Shown piece after piece: positions 19,084 to 29,318 of a stretch of DNA of 64,000 nt; within the stretch, counting starts at the first letter, position 1; each line of letters starts with the position of its first letter. A program made the translations under genes and the position numbers. The notes under the pieces were generated by a model. The model searched no databases, was not told where the DNA came from, and saw only the letters and a program-made list of their open reading frames with translations. The stretch is from an uncultured Pseudomonadota bacterium (lineage in GTDB: Bacteria > Vulcanimicrobiota > Vulcanimicrobiia > Eremiobacterales > Eremiobacteraceae): contig CAVTNB010000001.1 of NCBI GenBank assembly GCA_963736005.1, positions 256,001-320,000 of the forward strand. Direction: 5' to 3'.

Positions 19084-19662
19084 TTGACCGCAGTGCGTAC
19101 CGACGAGCAAGTTCTCACTGCTTTGGCGCAGCGCGACCTTTCGGCGCTTGAAGAGCTCTACGATCGCTACAGCAAGATCGCGTATTCTCTGGCGTATAGG
19201 ATCGTGGGCGACCGAGGCACGGCGGAGGACGTGGTGCAGGATGCGTTCCTCTCTGTGTGGCGCCAAGCGGCCAGCTATCGGCGAGAACGCGGTGCCCCGC
19301 GAACGTGGCTTTTGTCCATTGTCCACCACCGTTCTATCGATCGGCTGCGCAGCAGCGCTGCGCCGTCGATGACGATTCCCTATGACGACCTTCCCGAAGA
19401 TCGGGAGGAGGCTGAAACTCCCAGTATCTGGCAGCAGGCGTGGAATAACGTGCGCGGCGATATTGTACGACACGCGCTAGCGCGGCTACCCGTGGAACAA
19501 AAAAAGAGTATCGAGCTTGCATATTTTTCGGGCTACACGCAATCGGAGATTGCGGAGCTCATGGGCGTGCCGCTTGGGACGGTGAAAGGTCGGATGCGCA
19601 TCGGTTTGCAGAAACTGCGCGCAATGCTCGCTTCGCAAGAGATTGGAGCTTCAAGTTCATGA
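19084..19662 (+). CDS. ECF RNA polymerase sigma factor (SigK-like)
   Basis: Region 2 AEDVVQDAFLSVW; region 4 LAYFSGYTQSEIAELMGVPLGTVKGRMR. Confidence 0.92.
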   Translation: MTAVRTDEQVLTALAQRDLSALEELYDRYSKIAYSLAYRIVGDRGTAEDVVQDAFLSVWRQAASYRRERGAPRTWLLSIVHHRSIDRLRSSAAPSMTIPYDDLPEDREEAETPSIWQQAWNNVRGDIVRHALARLPVEQKKSIELAYFSGYTQSEIAELMGVPLGTVKGRMRIGLQKLRAMLASQEIGASSS

Positions 19663-20507
19663 GTAACGACGTGCACGTCAGCGAGAGTGCGGGTGCGTAC
19701 GTTCTTGGCGCACTGGCCCCTGAAGAGGCGCAGCAAGTGGAGGCGCATGCCGCCTCATGTTCGCAATGCCGTAAGGAGATCGCGGAACTCAAGCAGGTCG
19801 TCTCTGTCCTTCCGCTTGCTGCTTCGTCGGTGGAGCCCTCAACCGATCTCAAAGCACGCATCCTCGCCGCGAGCAAAGGAGAAGACCAAGCGGACGCAAT
19901 TCTTCGTCGAACGGTGGTGACGTCGGTACAGCATGAGCCAAAGAGAGATTTCTGGCACCGGCCGATCCCTTCATGGGCCGGGGTCGCAGGCTGGTTGGGA
20001 TTGGCGGCCGCGTGCGTGGTGGCAGGTATCTTCATTGGAGTAACGGGCGAACACAATAGGATGCTCGCTTTTGTGGCACGCTCGTCATCGTCCGTTTACC
20101 CCGCCGCGGACAACGCCAGCCGATCGATCGCTACCTCCTATACGGTGTACCCCGTCAGCACCGAACAGCTGTCGCAGGCCGTCGAAATCATCAACGAATC
20201 AAAAGTGTGGGATTTCAGTTTGAGCAAAACGGGCAAGCGGATGCCCTACAAAGTCATTCAACCACCGCACGTCTCTCACGCCATGATCGTCACGGACATG
20301 CCACCGCTAAAAGCGGGCATGGTGTATCAGGTCTGGCTCGTTCGCAAGGGTAAGATGCACAGGGGCGGTATCGTTATGCCCGGCCACGGCGTGCAAACGA
20401 TTATTCCTATGCGCGTGCAGAGCGGTGACGTGATCGCGTTTAGCATGGAACCAAGTGGTGGAAGCGCGCTGCCGTCCGGGCCGCTCATGATGCAGCAAAC
20501 CTTGTGA
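19659..20507 (+). CDS. Anti-sigma factor (ZAS/zf-HC2 + TM + RskA-like domain)
   Basis: AYVLGAL, HxxxCxxC (HAASCSQC), TM helix, YQVWL and EPSGGSxxP; ATGA overlap with the sigma gene. Confidence 0.88.
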   Translation: MSNDVHVSESAGAYVLGALAPEEAQQVEAHAASCSQCRKEIAELKQVVSVLPLAASSVEPSTDLKARILAASKGEDQADAILRRTVVTSVQHEPKRDFWHRPIPSWAGVAGWLGLAAACVVAGIFIGVTGEHNRMLAFVARSSSSVYPAADNASRSIATSYTVYPVSTEQLSQAVEIINESKVWDFSLSKTGKRMPYKVIQPPHVSHAMIVTDMPPLKAGMVYQVWLVRKGKMHRGGIVMPGHGVQTIIPMRVQSGDVIAFSMEPSGGSALPSGPLMMQQTL

Positions 20508-20514
20508 CAAAAAT

Positions 20515-20598
20515 GGGCGATTTTCTAGTGGACGCCCCCTACGCGCGCGAATAAATTCGCGCGACTACATCCCAATGCGCGATAAATTCGCGTACTAC
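20515..20598 (-). repeat. Cluster of three REP-like GTAG palindromes
   Basis: Minus strand: GTAGTACGCGAATTTATCGCG, GTAGTCGCGCGAATTTATTCGCGCG, GTAGGGGGCGTCCACTAGAAAATCGCCC. Confidence 0.75.
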
Positions 20599-21752
20599 AC
20601 GATGATATCGGTGGTGCGGTCGCCGATCGGCACGTACTTCACGTTACGCGGACCGACGTAATTCTCGCCCGGACGGATAAGCTTATTGTTTGCGTACTGC
20701 TCGATGAGGTGGGCGCACCAGCCTGCAATCCGGCTCATGGCAAACACAGGGGTAAAGTACGGGGGCGGGATTCCCAGGGTGTAGTAGACCGAAGCGCTGT
20801 ACAGATCGACGTTGGCATACAGTTTCTTTTGTTCCCAAACCGTGCGCTCCATGAGCTCGGTCATGTCGACCCACTTGGTCGCGCCGGCGCGCTGACCAGC
20901 TTCTTTGGCGATTTTCTTGAGATCGATGGCGCGCGGGTCGTTCGTCTTGTAAACCGCGTGACCGAAGCCCATGATCTTCTCGTGTTTGGCGAGCTTTTGG
21001 GCGACCCAAGAATCCATTTTCGAGGGGTCGCCAATCTCGATGAGATTGGCGATCACGCCTTCGTTGGCGCCGCCATGGAGCGGGCCTTTGAGGGTGGCGA
21101 CCGCGGACGTTACTGCGGCGTACATGTCAGCCAGCGTCGCAGCGGTGACGATCGCGGCGAAGGTCGACGCATTCATGCCATGGTCGGCGTGAAGCACGAG
21201 GGCCGCGTCGAGCAGGCGGGCCGCTTGAGGGTCTGGCTCCGAGCCGTGAAACATGTAGAGGAAATTTGATGCTGTGCTGAGATCGGGTCGGGGTGCAAGT
21301 GGCTCTTTGCCTTGGCTTAAGCGGTAGAAGGAGGCCAAAATGGTTGGAAAGACCGCCGTCAGTCTTTTGGCCTTTTCGAGGTTTGCCTCGGGCGTCGTCT
21401 CTTTTGCATGCGGATCGAAGAGAGCGATTGCCGAGACGGCCGTGCGGAGGACGTCCATGGGCGTCGCAGTCTTGGGTACCTCTCCAAGAATGTGCACAAC
21501 TGGATCCGGGAGGGCGCGGCGCCGGGCAAGGTCGGCGCGGAATGCTTCGAGGCTCTCGCGGCTGGGGAGCGCCTCAAACCAGAGCAGGTACGCAACCTCT
21601 TCGAAGGTGGAAGCCCGCGCTAGGTCATGGATGTCGATGCCGCGGTAAATGAGCTGCCCGCGCTCGCCATCGACGTACGAGATCCGCGTGTCTCCGACCA
21701 CGACTCCGCGGAGCCCGGCGGCGGCCGGCGGCGGTGTGGCTGCTGTCGTCAT
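20595..21752 (-). CDS. gltA: Citrate synthase (type I / 2-methylcitrate synthase-like)
   Basis: GLRGVV, LHADHGMNASTF, GPLHGGAN, IMGFGHAVYK, NVDLYS; start taken at MTTAAT. Confidence 0.93.
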   Translation of the reverse strand: MTTAATPPPAAAGLRGVVVGDTRISYVDGERGQLIYRGIDIHDLARASTFEEVAYLLWFEALPSRESLEAFRADLARRRALPDPVVHILGEVPKTATPMDVLRTAVSAIALFDPHAKETTPEANLEKAKRLTAVFPTILASFYRLSQGKEPLAPRPDLSTASNFLYMFHGSEPDPQAARLLDAALVLHADHGMNASTFAAIVTAATLADMYAAVTSAVATLKGPLHGGANEGVIANLIEIGDPSKMDSWVAQKLAKHEKIMGFGHAVYKTNDPRAIDLKKIAKEAGQRAGATKWVDMTELMERTVWEQKKLYANVDLYSASVYYTLGIPPPYFTPVFAMSRIAGWCAHLIEQYANNKLIRPGENYVGPRNVKYVPIGDRTTDIIV

Positions 21753-21845
21753 TTTGGCGCACCCTCTCTTACTTTGTGACCATTCGCGCATGGGGTAAAG
21801 GTCCACTCCAAACAAGCTCAAAAAGGCCTGCGGGAAAAGTCCTAA

Positions 21846-22793
<948 letters not shown>

Positions 22794-22960
22794 CCCTATC
22801 TGCGGGACAGCAAATGTGGACGGTTGACCCGGAAAGCACCTCAATAATGCTCTGTCACATGCCGTCGTCCGATGCTGTCATATAGCTACGCGAGCGTTGG
22901 GGCATCGTCGGTCTGCGAATGTTGACCGTGTCGGGAATTTGAAGCCCTACTCTTGAGACT

Positions 22961-25114
22961 TTGCTCACCGCTGGGGAGGACCGTCACTTTTTGAAACGCG
23001 CGGCTCGAGAACAAGAACGCGTCCGGCGCCGGTATCAACGGCGCCGCATTAAACTCCCCGTCAGCGTACGAACTGACGATGGCACGACTGCTGAAGGACT
23101 GGCGTCGGATATGAGCGCCGGCGGCATGCGTTTGTCGACGAGCGCGGATTTCTCCATTGGGACGCACGGTGTTGCGCAAGTCGCGACCCCGAGTGGCGAG
23201 CAAGTTCGCGCACCGATAGAAATTGTCTGGCGAGAACCGGGCCCAGAGGGCGCAACCATCTACGGCGTCCATTTCCAGAACCTCGGATCCAGCGAGCGCT
23301 TTTCGCTGTTTGAGGCGATCTACTCGCCATCAAATGGCGAGCAAGTTTTTGCCAAGCCCCTCGACGGCGACATTCGCACTCAAGGGAGCGAACCGCTCAC
23401 CCCCACGCATCACGCGTATTACATGCGGATCATTCGCCGCATCGAGCAAGCGCACAAGTTATCACCTCTTGACACCGACAAGCTGCTGTATGCTCGTCTG
23501 CACGAAGGCCGGCCGCTCAAGGAGGCGATCGTTGAGTTCGGCCTCGCCACAGAAGATGGGCTGGATGATTTTCTGAGTTCCATTTTCGGCGTGCCCTATA
23601 TCGATCTCGCGCGCAACCGACCCGATCCGAACTGCTCCGATACGATCCCAGTCAGCGTCGCCACGACTGGTTATATCGTCCCCGTCAATCTGCTCGATGA
23701 TAAGTTGACGGTCGCCATGGCCGACCCGCTCGACTTGCCGACCCTGGACCTGATCTTGTTGCGCGCGAAGCATCAGGTTGAAATTCGCTTTTCGCTCATC
23801 GAGGACGTTGAGAAAGCAATCGATGAGGTCTATCACGGGACCACCTTGCATTCCGTGGACCGTCTGTTGCAAGGCTTGCCCACGATTGCGGCCGAGGGGC
23901 TCGGGCAAGAGGGTCAAGACGTCGAGGACCTCGAGACGCTTCGCAAGATGTCGGACGCGACGCCAATCGTGTCGTTGGTGGAATCCCTCTTGCGCACCGC
24001 GACCGAGTATCGAGCCAGCGACATCCACTTAGAGCCCTACCACGATACTATACGCGTCCGTTTTCGCATGGACGGCGTCTTGCAAGAAATTCGCAAGCTG
24101 CCGCGGCCGATTTATCCGGCTGTGGTATCGCGCATCAAGATCATGGCGCGTATGGACATCACCATTCGGCACATTCCGCAAGACGGTCGCGCATCGATGC
24201 GCTACCTCAAGCGAGAGACCGACCTCCGCATCGCTTCGATGCCAACGGTCAATGGCGAGAAGATCGTCATCCGGCTGCTTGAGAAAAACCCAGCCTTCAA
24301 AGACCTAACCGCCATCGGGTTTTCGGAAGGGAACTACCAGATTTTCTCGCCCCTGGTGAAGCGGCCATACGGCATGATCCTGTGTTGCGGTCCAACCGGG
24401 AGCGGCAAGTCAACCACGTTGTTCGCGTGCCTTCAAGAAATTAATGATGGGCTTACGAACATCACGACGATCGAAGATCCAGTCGAATATCGCGTGGGCG
24501 GCGTGAACCAAGTGGAAATCAACGTCAAGCGCGGCCTCACGTTTGCCTCGGTGTTGCGCTCGCTGCTGCGGCAAGACCCAGACGTCATCTATGTGGGTGA
24601 AATTCGCGATCGCGAAACCGCCGACTTGGCGGTGCGCGCTGCTTTGACGGGCCACCTGTTGCTCTCGACGCTACACACGAACAGCGCCGTTCAAGCGATC
24701 ACGCGTCTGGTTGACATCGGTGTGGACCCTGCACTCATCGGATCGTCGTTGATTGGCGTCGTCGGCCAGCGGCTGATGCGTCAGATTTGTCCGCGCTGCG
24801 TCTATGAGTACGAAGTAGGAGAAGACGAAGCGCTGTTGCTGCAGGAGCTCCTGCCCTTGGTTGCGCCCTCCACCCTGCGCCGCGGCAAGGGTTGCCGCCA
24901 CTGCCATGACACTGGCTACTATGGCCGGCTGGGCGTGCACGAGGTCATTGGGGTTGATGACGGGCTGCGACGTCTGATCGCGAGAGGCGCCGATTCAAAT
25001 CAACTGCTCGACTACGTGTCGGCGAAGGGTTTCAACGATCTGCGCGACGATGCGCTTCGCCGGTTGACGAACGGCGACACCACGCTGCAAGAGGTCGTGC
25101 GCGTCACGATCTAG
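22961..25114 (+). CDS. PilB/GspE-family secretion/pilus ATPase with an N-terminal PilZ domain
   Basis: RxxxR and DMSAGG PilZ motifs; ASDIHLEP, PQDGR, GPTGSGKSTT, TIEDPVE, LRQDPD, TGHLLLSTLH, Zn CxxC pairs. Confidence 0.9.
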   Translation: MLTAGEDRHFLKRAAREQERVRRRYQRRRIKLPVSVRTDDGTTAEGLASDMSAGGMRLSTSADFSIGTHGVAQVATPSGEQVRAPIEIVWREPGPEGATIYGVHFQNLGSSERFSLFEAIYSPSNGEQVFAKPLDGDIRTQGSEPLTPTHHAYYMRIIRRIEQAHKLSPLDTDKLLYARLHEGRPLKEAIVEFGLATEDGLDDFLSSIFGVPYIDLARNRPDPNCSDTIPVSVATTGYIVPVNLLDDKLTVAMADPLDLPTLDLILLRAKHQVEIRFSLIEDVEKAIDEVYHGTTLHSVDRLLQGLPTIAAEGLGQEGQDVEDLETLRKMSDATPIVSLVESLLRTATEYRASDIHLEPYHDTIRVRFRMDGVLQEIRKLPRPIYPAVVSRIKIMARMDITIRHIPQDGRASMRYLKRETDLRIASMPTVNGEKIVIRLLEKNPAFKDLTAIGFSEGNYQIFSPLVKRPYGMILCCGPTGSGKSTTLFACLQEINDGLTNITTIEDPVEYRVGGVNQVEINVKRGLTFASVLRSLLRQDPDVIYVGEIRDRETADLAVRAALTGHLLLSTLHTNSAVQAITRLVDIGVDPALIGSSLIGVVGQRLMRQICPRCVYEYEVGEDEALLLQELLPLVAPSTLRRGKGCRHCHDTGYYGRLGVHEVIGVDDGLRRLIARGADSNQLLDYVSAKGFNDLRDDALRRLTNGDTTLQEVVRVTI

Positions 25115-25140
25115 CGCCTTCCCGCCGCTGTGTTTCAGCC

Positions 25141-25166
25141 GTAGTGGGCGACTGTAAAGTCGCCCA
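25141..25166 (+). repeat. REP-like GTAG palindrome
   Basis: GTAG-TGGGCGACT-GTAA-AGTCGCCCA. Confidence 0.7.
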
Positions 25167-25220
25167 TTCGTTTTCCTTGAAGCGCATGATTTCGGTTGGG
25201 TCTTCCAAAACTGAGCGCTC

Positions 25221-26531
25221 ATGACTCAGGACAGGAAATTTGGGTTTCGCACGCGCGCGCTGCACGCCGGCACGCCGCCGAACGCTACCACCGGCGCAAG
25301 CTCGTTGCCGGTTGAGATGTCCACTGGCTTTGTTTTTGACTCCATCGCACACGCGAAGGAACTGTTTTCGCTGCGTACCTATGGCAATATCTATAGCCGT
25401 ATCTCAAACCCGACTGTTGCGGCGTTCGAGGAGAAGATCGCAAGCTTGGAAGGTGGACTGGGCGCTCTTGCGACCTCATCGGGACAGGCGGCGCAGCTGG
25501 TCGCAATTCTGTCGTTGGCGCAAAACGGCGACCATTTGGTTGCGTCCTCGAATATCTACGGTGGAACAGTAACGCAGTTCAGTGTCTCGCTGCGCCGTTT
25601 GGGTATCGAGACGACGTTTGTACCCGGCTCCGATCCCAAGGCGATGGCAGCCGCAATTCAGGAGAACTCGAAGGCGCTTTTTGTCGAGACCATCGGTAAC
25701 CCGTCGGGCAACGTGGCCGACCTCGAGGCGCTTGCAAGCGCTGCTCACGCGGCTGGCCTGCCGCTGATCGTTGACAATACGTTTGCGACCCCATACTTGT
25801 GCCGTCCGATCGAGCACGGTGCTGATATCGTGCTTCACTCGGCCACGAAGTATATTTGCGGTCATGGGACGGTGATCGGGGGCGTCCTGGTTGAATCCGG
25901 GAAGTTCAACTGGGCGGGTGGCAAGCATCCCCTCTTAAGCGAGCCGAGCCCAAGCTATCATCACGTTCGCTTCACAGAGACCTTTAACGAGTATGCCTTC
26001 CTCACTCGAGCGCGAGCAGAAGTGATGCGCGACATTGGTGCGTGTCTTTCCCCGATGAATGGATGGCTCTTAGTTCAAGGTTTGGAGACTCTGGTATTGC
26101 GCATGGAGGCACACGTAAAAAACGCTCTGCATGTTGCACGCTTTTTGGAGCGACACGCCGGCGTGAAATGGGTGAGCTATCCTGGGCTACCATCGAGTTC
26201 TCAATACCCGCTCGCGCAACGGTATCTACCGCTTGGGGCGGGAGGTATCGTCACGTTCGGCGTTGTTGGTGGGCGCGAAGGTGCCGAGCGATGCATCGAA
26301 GCACTCGAATTGTGGAGTCACTTAGCCAACATGGGAGACGCCAAAAGCCTGGTCCTCCATCCCGCTTCGACGACTCACTCGCAGCTTAGCGAGAAGGAAC
26401 TGGCCGCAGCGGGCATCACCCCCGACATGATCCGGCTCTCAGTAGGATTGGAAGACGTTGACGACCTCACATGGGATCTGGAACAAGGGTTGGGCGCAGC
26501 GACTCGAGCAGCCAGCGGTCGTCCATCATGA
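25221..26531 (+). CDS. metY: O-acetylhomoserine aminocarboxypropyltransferase/sulfhydrylase
   Basis: YSRISNPT, DNTFATP, HSATKY (PLP Lys), LANMGDAKSL, HPASTTH. Confidence 0.92.
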   Translation: MTQDRKFGFRTRALHAGTPPNATTGASSLPVEMSTGFVFDSIAHAKELFSLRTYGNIYSRISNPTVAAFEEKIASLEGGLGALATSSGQAAQLVAILSLAQNGDHLVASSNIYGGTVTQFSVSLRRLGIETTFVPGSDPKAMAAAIQENSKALFVETIGNPSGNVADLEALASAAHAAGLPLIVDNTFATPYLCRPIEHGADIVLHSATKYICGHGTVIGGVLVESGKFNWAGGKHPLLSEPSPSYHHVRFTETFNEYAFLTRARAEVMRDIGACLSPMNGWLLVQGLETLVLRMEAHVKNALHVARFLERHAGVKWVSYPGLPSSSQYPLAQRYLPLGAGGIVTFGVVGGREGAERCIEALELWSHLANMGDAKSLVLHPASTTHSQLSEKELAAAGITPDMIRLSVGLEDVDDLTWDLEQGLGAATRAASGRPS

Positions 26532-27001
26532 TTCTCACGAGCCCGGTGCAACGCCAGCAGTTGCTGCGGCGAGCGAAGACTGTCGCCGTCGTTGGTGCGA
26601 GCGACAATCCCGCACGTCCAAGTTATTTTGTTGTCCGCTACCTCAAGACCCATGGATATGTGGTGTGGCCGGTTAATCCGGCCTACAGCACCGTTGATGG
26701 TACGCAGTGCTACCCGTCGCTGGCTGCGTTAGTCAGCGCACACGGCGTACCCGATATTGTGGATGTCTTTCGCCGCCCAGACGCCTTGCCGGCGTTGGTA
26801 GAAGAAGTGATAGCCGCGGGCGTCAAGGCAGTATGGTTTCAATATGGGGTCGTCAACGCGACGGCCATCGAGCAGGCTGATCAGGCAAACTTGGACATCG
26901 TAGTCGACCGTTGTATGAAAGTCGAGCACGCCCGGTTCAATCGGGGCTTGAGCACGCAGGGTTTCGATTCCGGGATCATCACCGCAAAGAGACTCGTGTA
27001 G
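26528..27001 (+). CDS. CoA-binding domain protein (YccU-like)
   Basis: VAVVGAS, PVNP, DIVDVFR, VWFQYG, DRCMKVEH; ATGA overlap with metY. Confidence 0.88.
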   Translation: MILTSPVQRQQLLRRAKTVAVVGASDNPARPSYFVVRYLKTHGYVVWPVNPAYSTVDGTQCYPSLAALVSAHGVPDIVDVFRRPDALPALVEEVIAAGVKAVWFQYGVVNATAIEQADQANLDIVVDRCMKVEHARFNRGLSTQGFDSGIITAKRLV

Positions 27002-27020
27002 TCGCGCGAAATTATTCGCG
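26998..27020 (+). repeat. REP-like palindrome containing the stop codons of both convergent genes
   Basis: GTAGTCGCGCGAAATTATTCGCG. Confidence 0.7.
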
Positions 27021-27479
27021 TATGGGTTTGTGCTGCGCAAGCTCCTCAAAGATGGCGTTTTCCACTTCGCCTCGGTGCTCTTTGCCATCGGCAAAGAGAT
27101 ACGTCGGAGCGGTGAACACGACTCCGTCGACTCCGTGATCTCGAACTTCGGCGATCTGCACGGAGACAAGGGCGCAAGGAAATGGTACGGTCCGCAGCTG
27201 TTCCTTGAGGATCCGTGCTTCGCCGCGGACGGCCAGAATGAGATCGTCAGCGAGAATCTCGAGCGCCACTTTGGCAGTGCCGGCGCCGATGTTGCGGTGC
27301 GCCGTGCTGCGGGAATCCAAGGCAAGGGCCAACCGATCGGGGCCGGCGGAAACGATCCAGCTGCAGAAGGCCGTGGATGGCATCCCTTCTGCTGACACCG
27401 TTGCCAAAATGGCCCCTGTTCGGCGCTTGAGGGCCGCCTGGAGCGCATCGCGCAAGTTTTCCGGTGCGGGGTGTTGCAT
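27012..27479 (-). CDS. Pyridoxamine 5'-phosphate oxidase-like (FMN-binding split barrel) protein
   Basis: LATVSAEGMP, SRSTAHRNI, VRGEA; GAGG RBS before MQHP. Confidence 0.7.
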   Translation of the reverse strand: MQHPAPENLRDALQAALKRRTGAILATVSAEGMPSTAFCSWIVSAGPDRLALALDSRSTAHRNIGAGTAKVALEILADDLILAVRGEARILKEQLRTVPFPCALVSVQIAEVRDHGVDGVVFTAPTYLFADGKEHRGEVENAIFEELAQHKPIRE

Positions 27480-27678
27480 AGCGTCCTCAAAAAATTCGCT
27501 TCTTGGGCTGTCATACGCTTCCACGGTCTGTTTCCTTTGTTTGTGCCGTTCCTGAAGCAGAAGGGCTGGTGGGGCAATCGGTGAGTACCCGATGGCGCTA
27601 GTGGGAGTCAAAGTCACTCCTATATCCCCAAACATTGATTAGAGGATACAGATCCAGGGGCCCGCGAAACGGGGTTTC

Positions 27679-28635
27679 GTGGCTGACTTGAAGCGATCTG
27701 GGCGGACTTCACGGGATTCACGGCAAGAAAAGCGCCTGCTCACGTTAGACGAATTTGGTACGTACCTTCAGTACGAGCGTGGCCTGGCGGCGCGCACCGC
27801 CGTGGAGTATCCGGCCGACATGCGCGATTTTGCGAGGTTCTTAGGCAAGGATACGACGGATCGGCAACTGTTGCGAGCAGGACGCGAGGATGTGAGTCGC
27901 TACGTCCAGACTATGATGGGAAAGCGAAGGTACACCACCGCGGCAGTAAAACGCCGGCTGGCTTCGATTCGAGGCTTCTATCGGTTCGCTCGGCGAAAAA
28001 ACCTCATTCAGGAAAACCCATTTGACAAGTTTCAAGGGCCGAAAGGCGGGCGACCATTGCCGAAAGTGCTCTCCGAACGAGAGGTTTCGAAACTGCTGGC
28101 GGCGCGGGTGCACCCAGATGATGAGTTTCTATACTCGCGAGATCACGCGATGTTCGAGCTCATGTATGCCACAGGCATACGCATCGGAGAACTCGTGGGG
28201 TTAAACATCCGGGATGTAGACCGCGAGCGGCGGCTTATGCGCGTTACGGGAAAAGGGAATAAACAGCGACCCGTATTGTTCAACAAAACTTCGCTCCACG
28301 CGCTCAACCGATACCTTGCCGTGCGTCCGAATGCTGCCACCGACGCGCTTTTCCTCAGCCGTAACAACGAGCGGTTGACCGTACGGGGCGTGAGGTTTGC
28401 CTTCGAGGCTATGAAGCGCGCTGCGGGTATCGAGGGCGCCGCAACTCCGCATACGTTGCGCCACTCGTTCGCAACACATCTACTCGAGCATGGTGCGGAT
28501 CTTGTGGTCATAAAGGATTTGCTCGGACACGAAAGCCTGAGCACGACCCAGATCTACACGAATATCTCTCTTGAACATGTGCGTCAGACCTATGAGGAGG
28601 CTCACCCTCGGGACAGAGAGACGCAGTCGAAATAA
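27679..28635 (+). CDS. Tyrosine recombinase XerC/XerD
   Basis: RDHAMFELMYATGIRIGEL, GKGNKQR, TPHTLRHSFATHLL, LLGH, TTQIYT. Confidence 0.92.
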   Translation: MADLKRSGRTSRDSRQEKRLLTLDEFGTYLQYERGLAARTAVEYPADMRDFARFLGKDTTDRQLLRAGREDVSRYVQTMMGKRRYTTAAVKRRLASIRGFYRFARRKNLIQENPFDKFQGPKGGRPLPKVLSEREVSKLLAARVHPDDEFLYSRDHAMFELMYATGIRIGELVGLNIRDVDRERRLMRVTGKGNKQRPVLFNKTSLHALNRYLAVRPNAATDALFLSRNNERLTVRGVRFAFEAMKRAAGIEGAATPHTLRHSFATHLLEHGADLVVIKDLLGHESLSTTQIYTNISLEHVRQTYEEAHPRDRETQSK

Positions 28636-28672
28636 GGGTATGACACTGACCGCGCTTGGCTATGTAAATGGA

Positions 28673-29317
28673 CTAGAAGCGTGGATCGTCGAGAACGTAG
28701 CGCGGGATTCCGATATCGGGCGTATCACTCACGAGTTCACCACGGCGGAGTTTTACCGGCACGACACCGGCCCACACCGGGAGGTCTAGGTCTTCTGCAT
28801 TGTCTTTTGGCGGGCCAGTCCGAACCTTCGCCGAGGCTTCTTCTATCGGCATCTGCAGCACGAATGTGGCGGTAAGCTCGATGTCTTTCGGCGGCCGGAT
28901 CTCTTCCCAGCGCCCCGGCATGATGTGCTCGCTGAAAAGTCGTAGCGCCCGGGTCTTGTCAGCTTGATCCTGGATCGCAGTCGCCCTGCCAAAAAGAACA
29001 ACAGAGCGGTAGTTCATCGAAGAGTTAAAGGCAGACCGAGCGAGGACCAGCCCGTCGACAAGCGTGACGTTGAGGCACGCGTCAAGGCCTGTGGATAGCG
29101 CTTGCGTGAGCCGGCTTGCCGACGATCCGTGCATGATGATACGATCGGCGTCTCGCGCATAGAGCATGGGAATCACAACGGGCAAGCCATGTTCGACGAA
29201 ACCGACGTGACAAATAAGCCCGGCATCTAATATCGCATCAATGGTCGCACGGTCGTAGCGACCCTGGTCAGGCAGTCGACGCAATTTCGTGCGCGCCGAG
29301 TTAGGCATTTCTGGCAT
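28673..29317 (-). CDS. Flavin-nucleotide-binding protein (NimA/pyridoxamine oxidase-like)
   Basis: HGSSASR, DGLVLARSAFNSSMNYRSVV, SAKVRTGPP, WAGVVP. Confidence 0.85.
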   Translation of the reverse strand: MPEMPNSARTKLRRLPDQGRYDRATIDAILDAGLICHVGFVEHGLPVVIPMLYARDADRIIMHGSSASRLTQALSTGLDACLNVTLVDGLVLARSAFNSSMNYRSVVLFGRATAIQDQADKTRALRLFSEHIMPGRWEEIRPPKDIELTATFVLQMPIEEASAKVRTGPPKDNAEDLDLPVWAGVVPVKLRRGELVSDTPDIGIPRYVLDDPRF

Positions 29318-29318
29318 G

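Noticed and set aside
25115..25220. SAM riboswitch upstream of metY
   Set aside because: The roughly 100-nt gap is occupied by a REP-like hairpin and lacks SAM-I consensus elements.
27679..28635. Prophage or island integrase
   Set aside because: XerC/D-like size and motifs, set among housekeeping genes with no att repeats or cargo.
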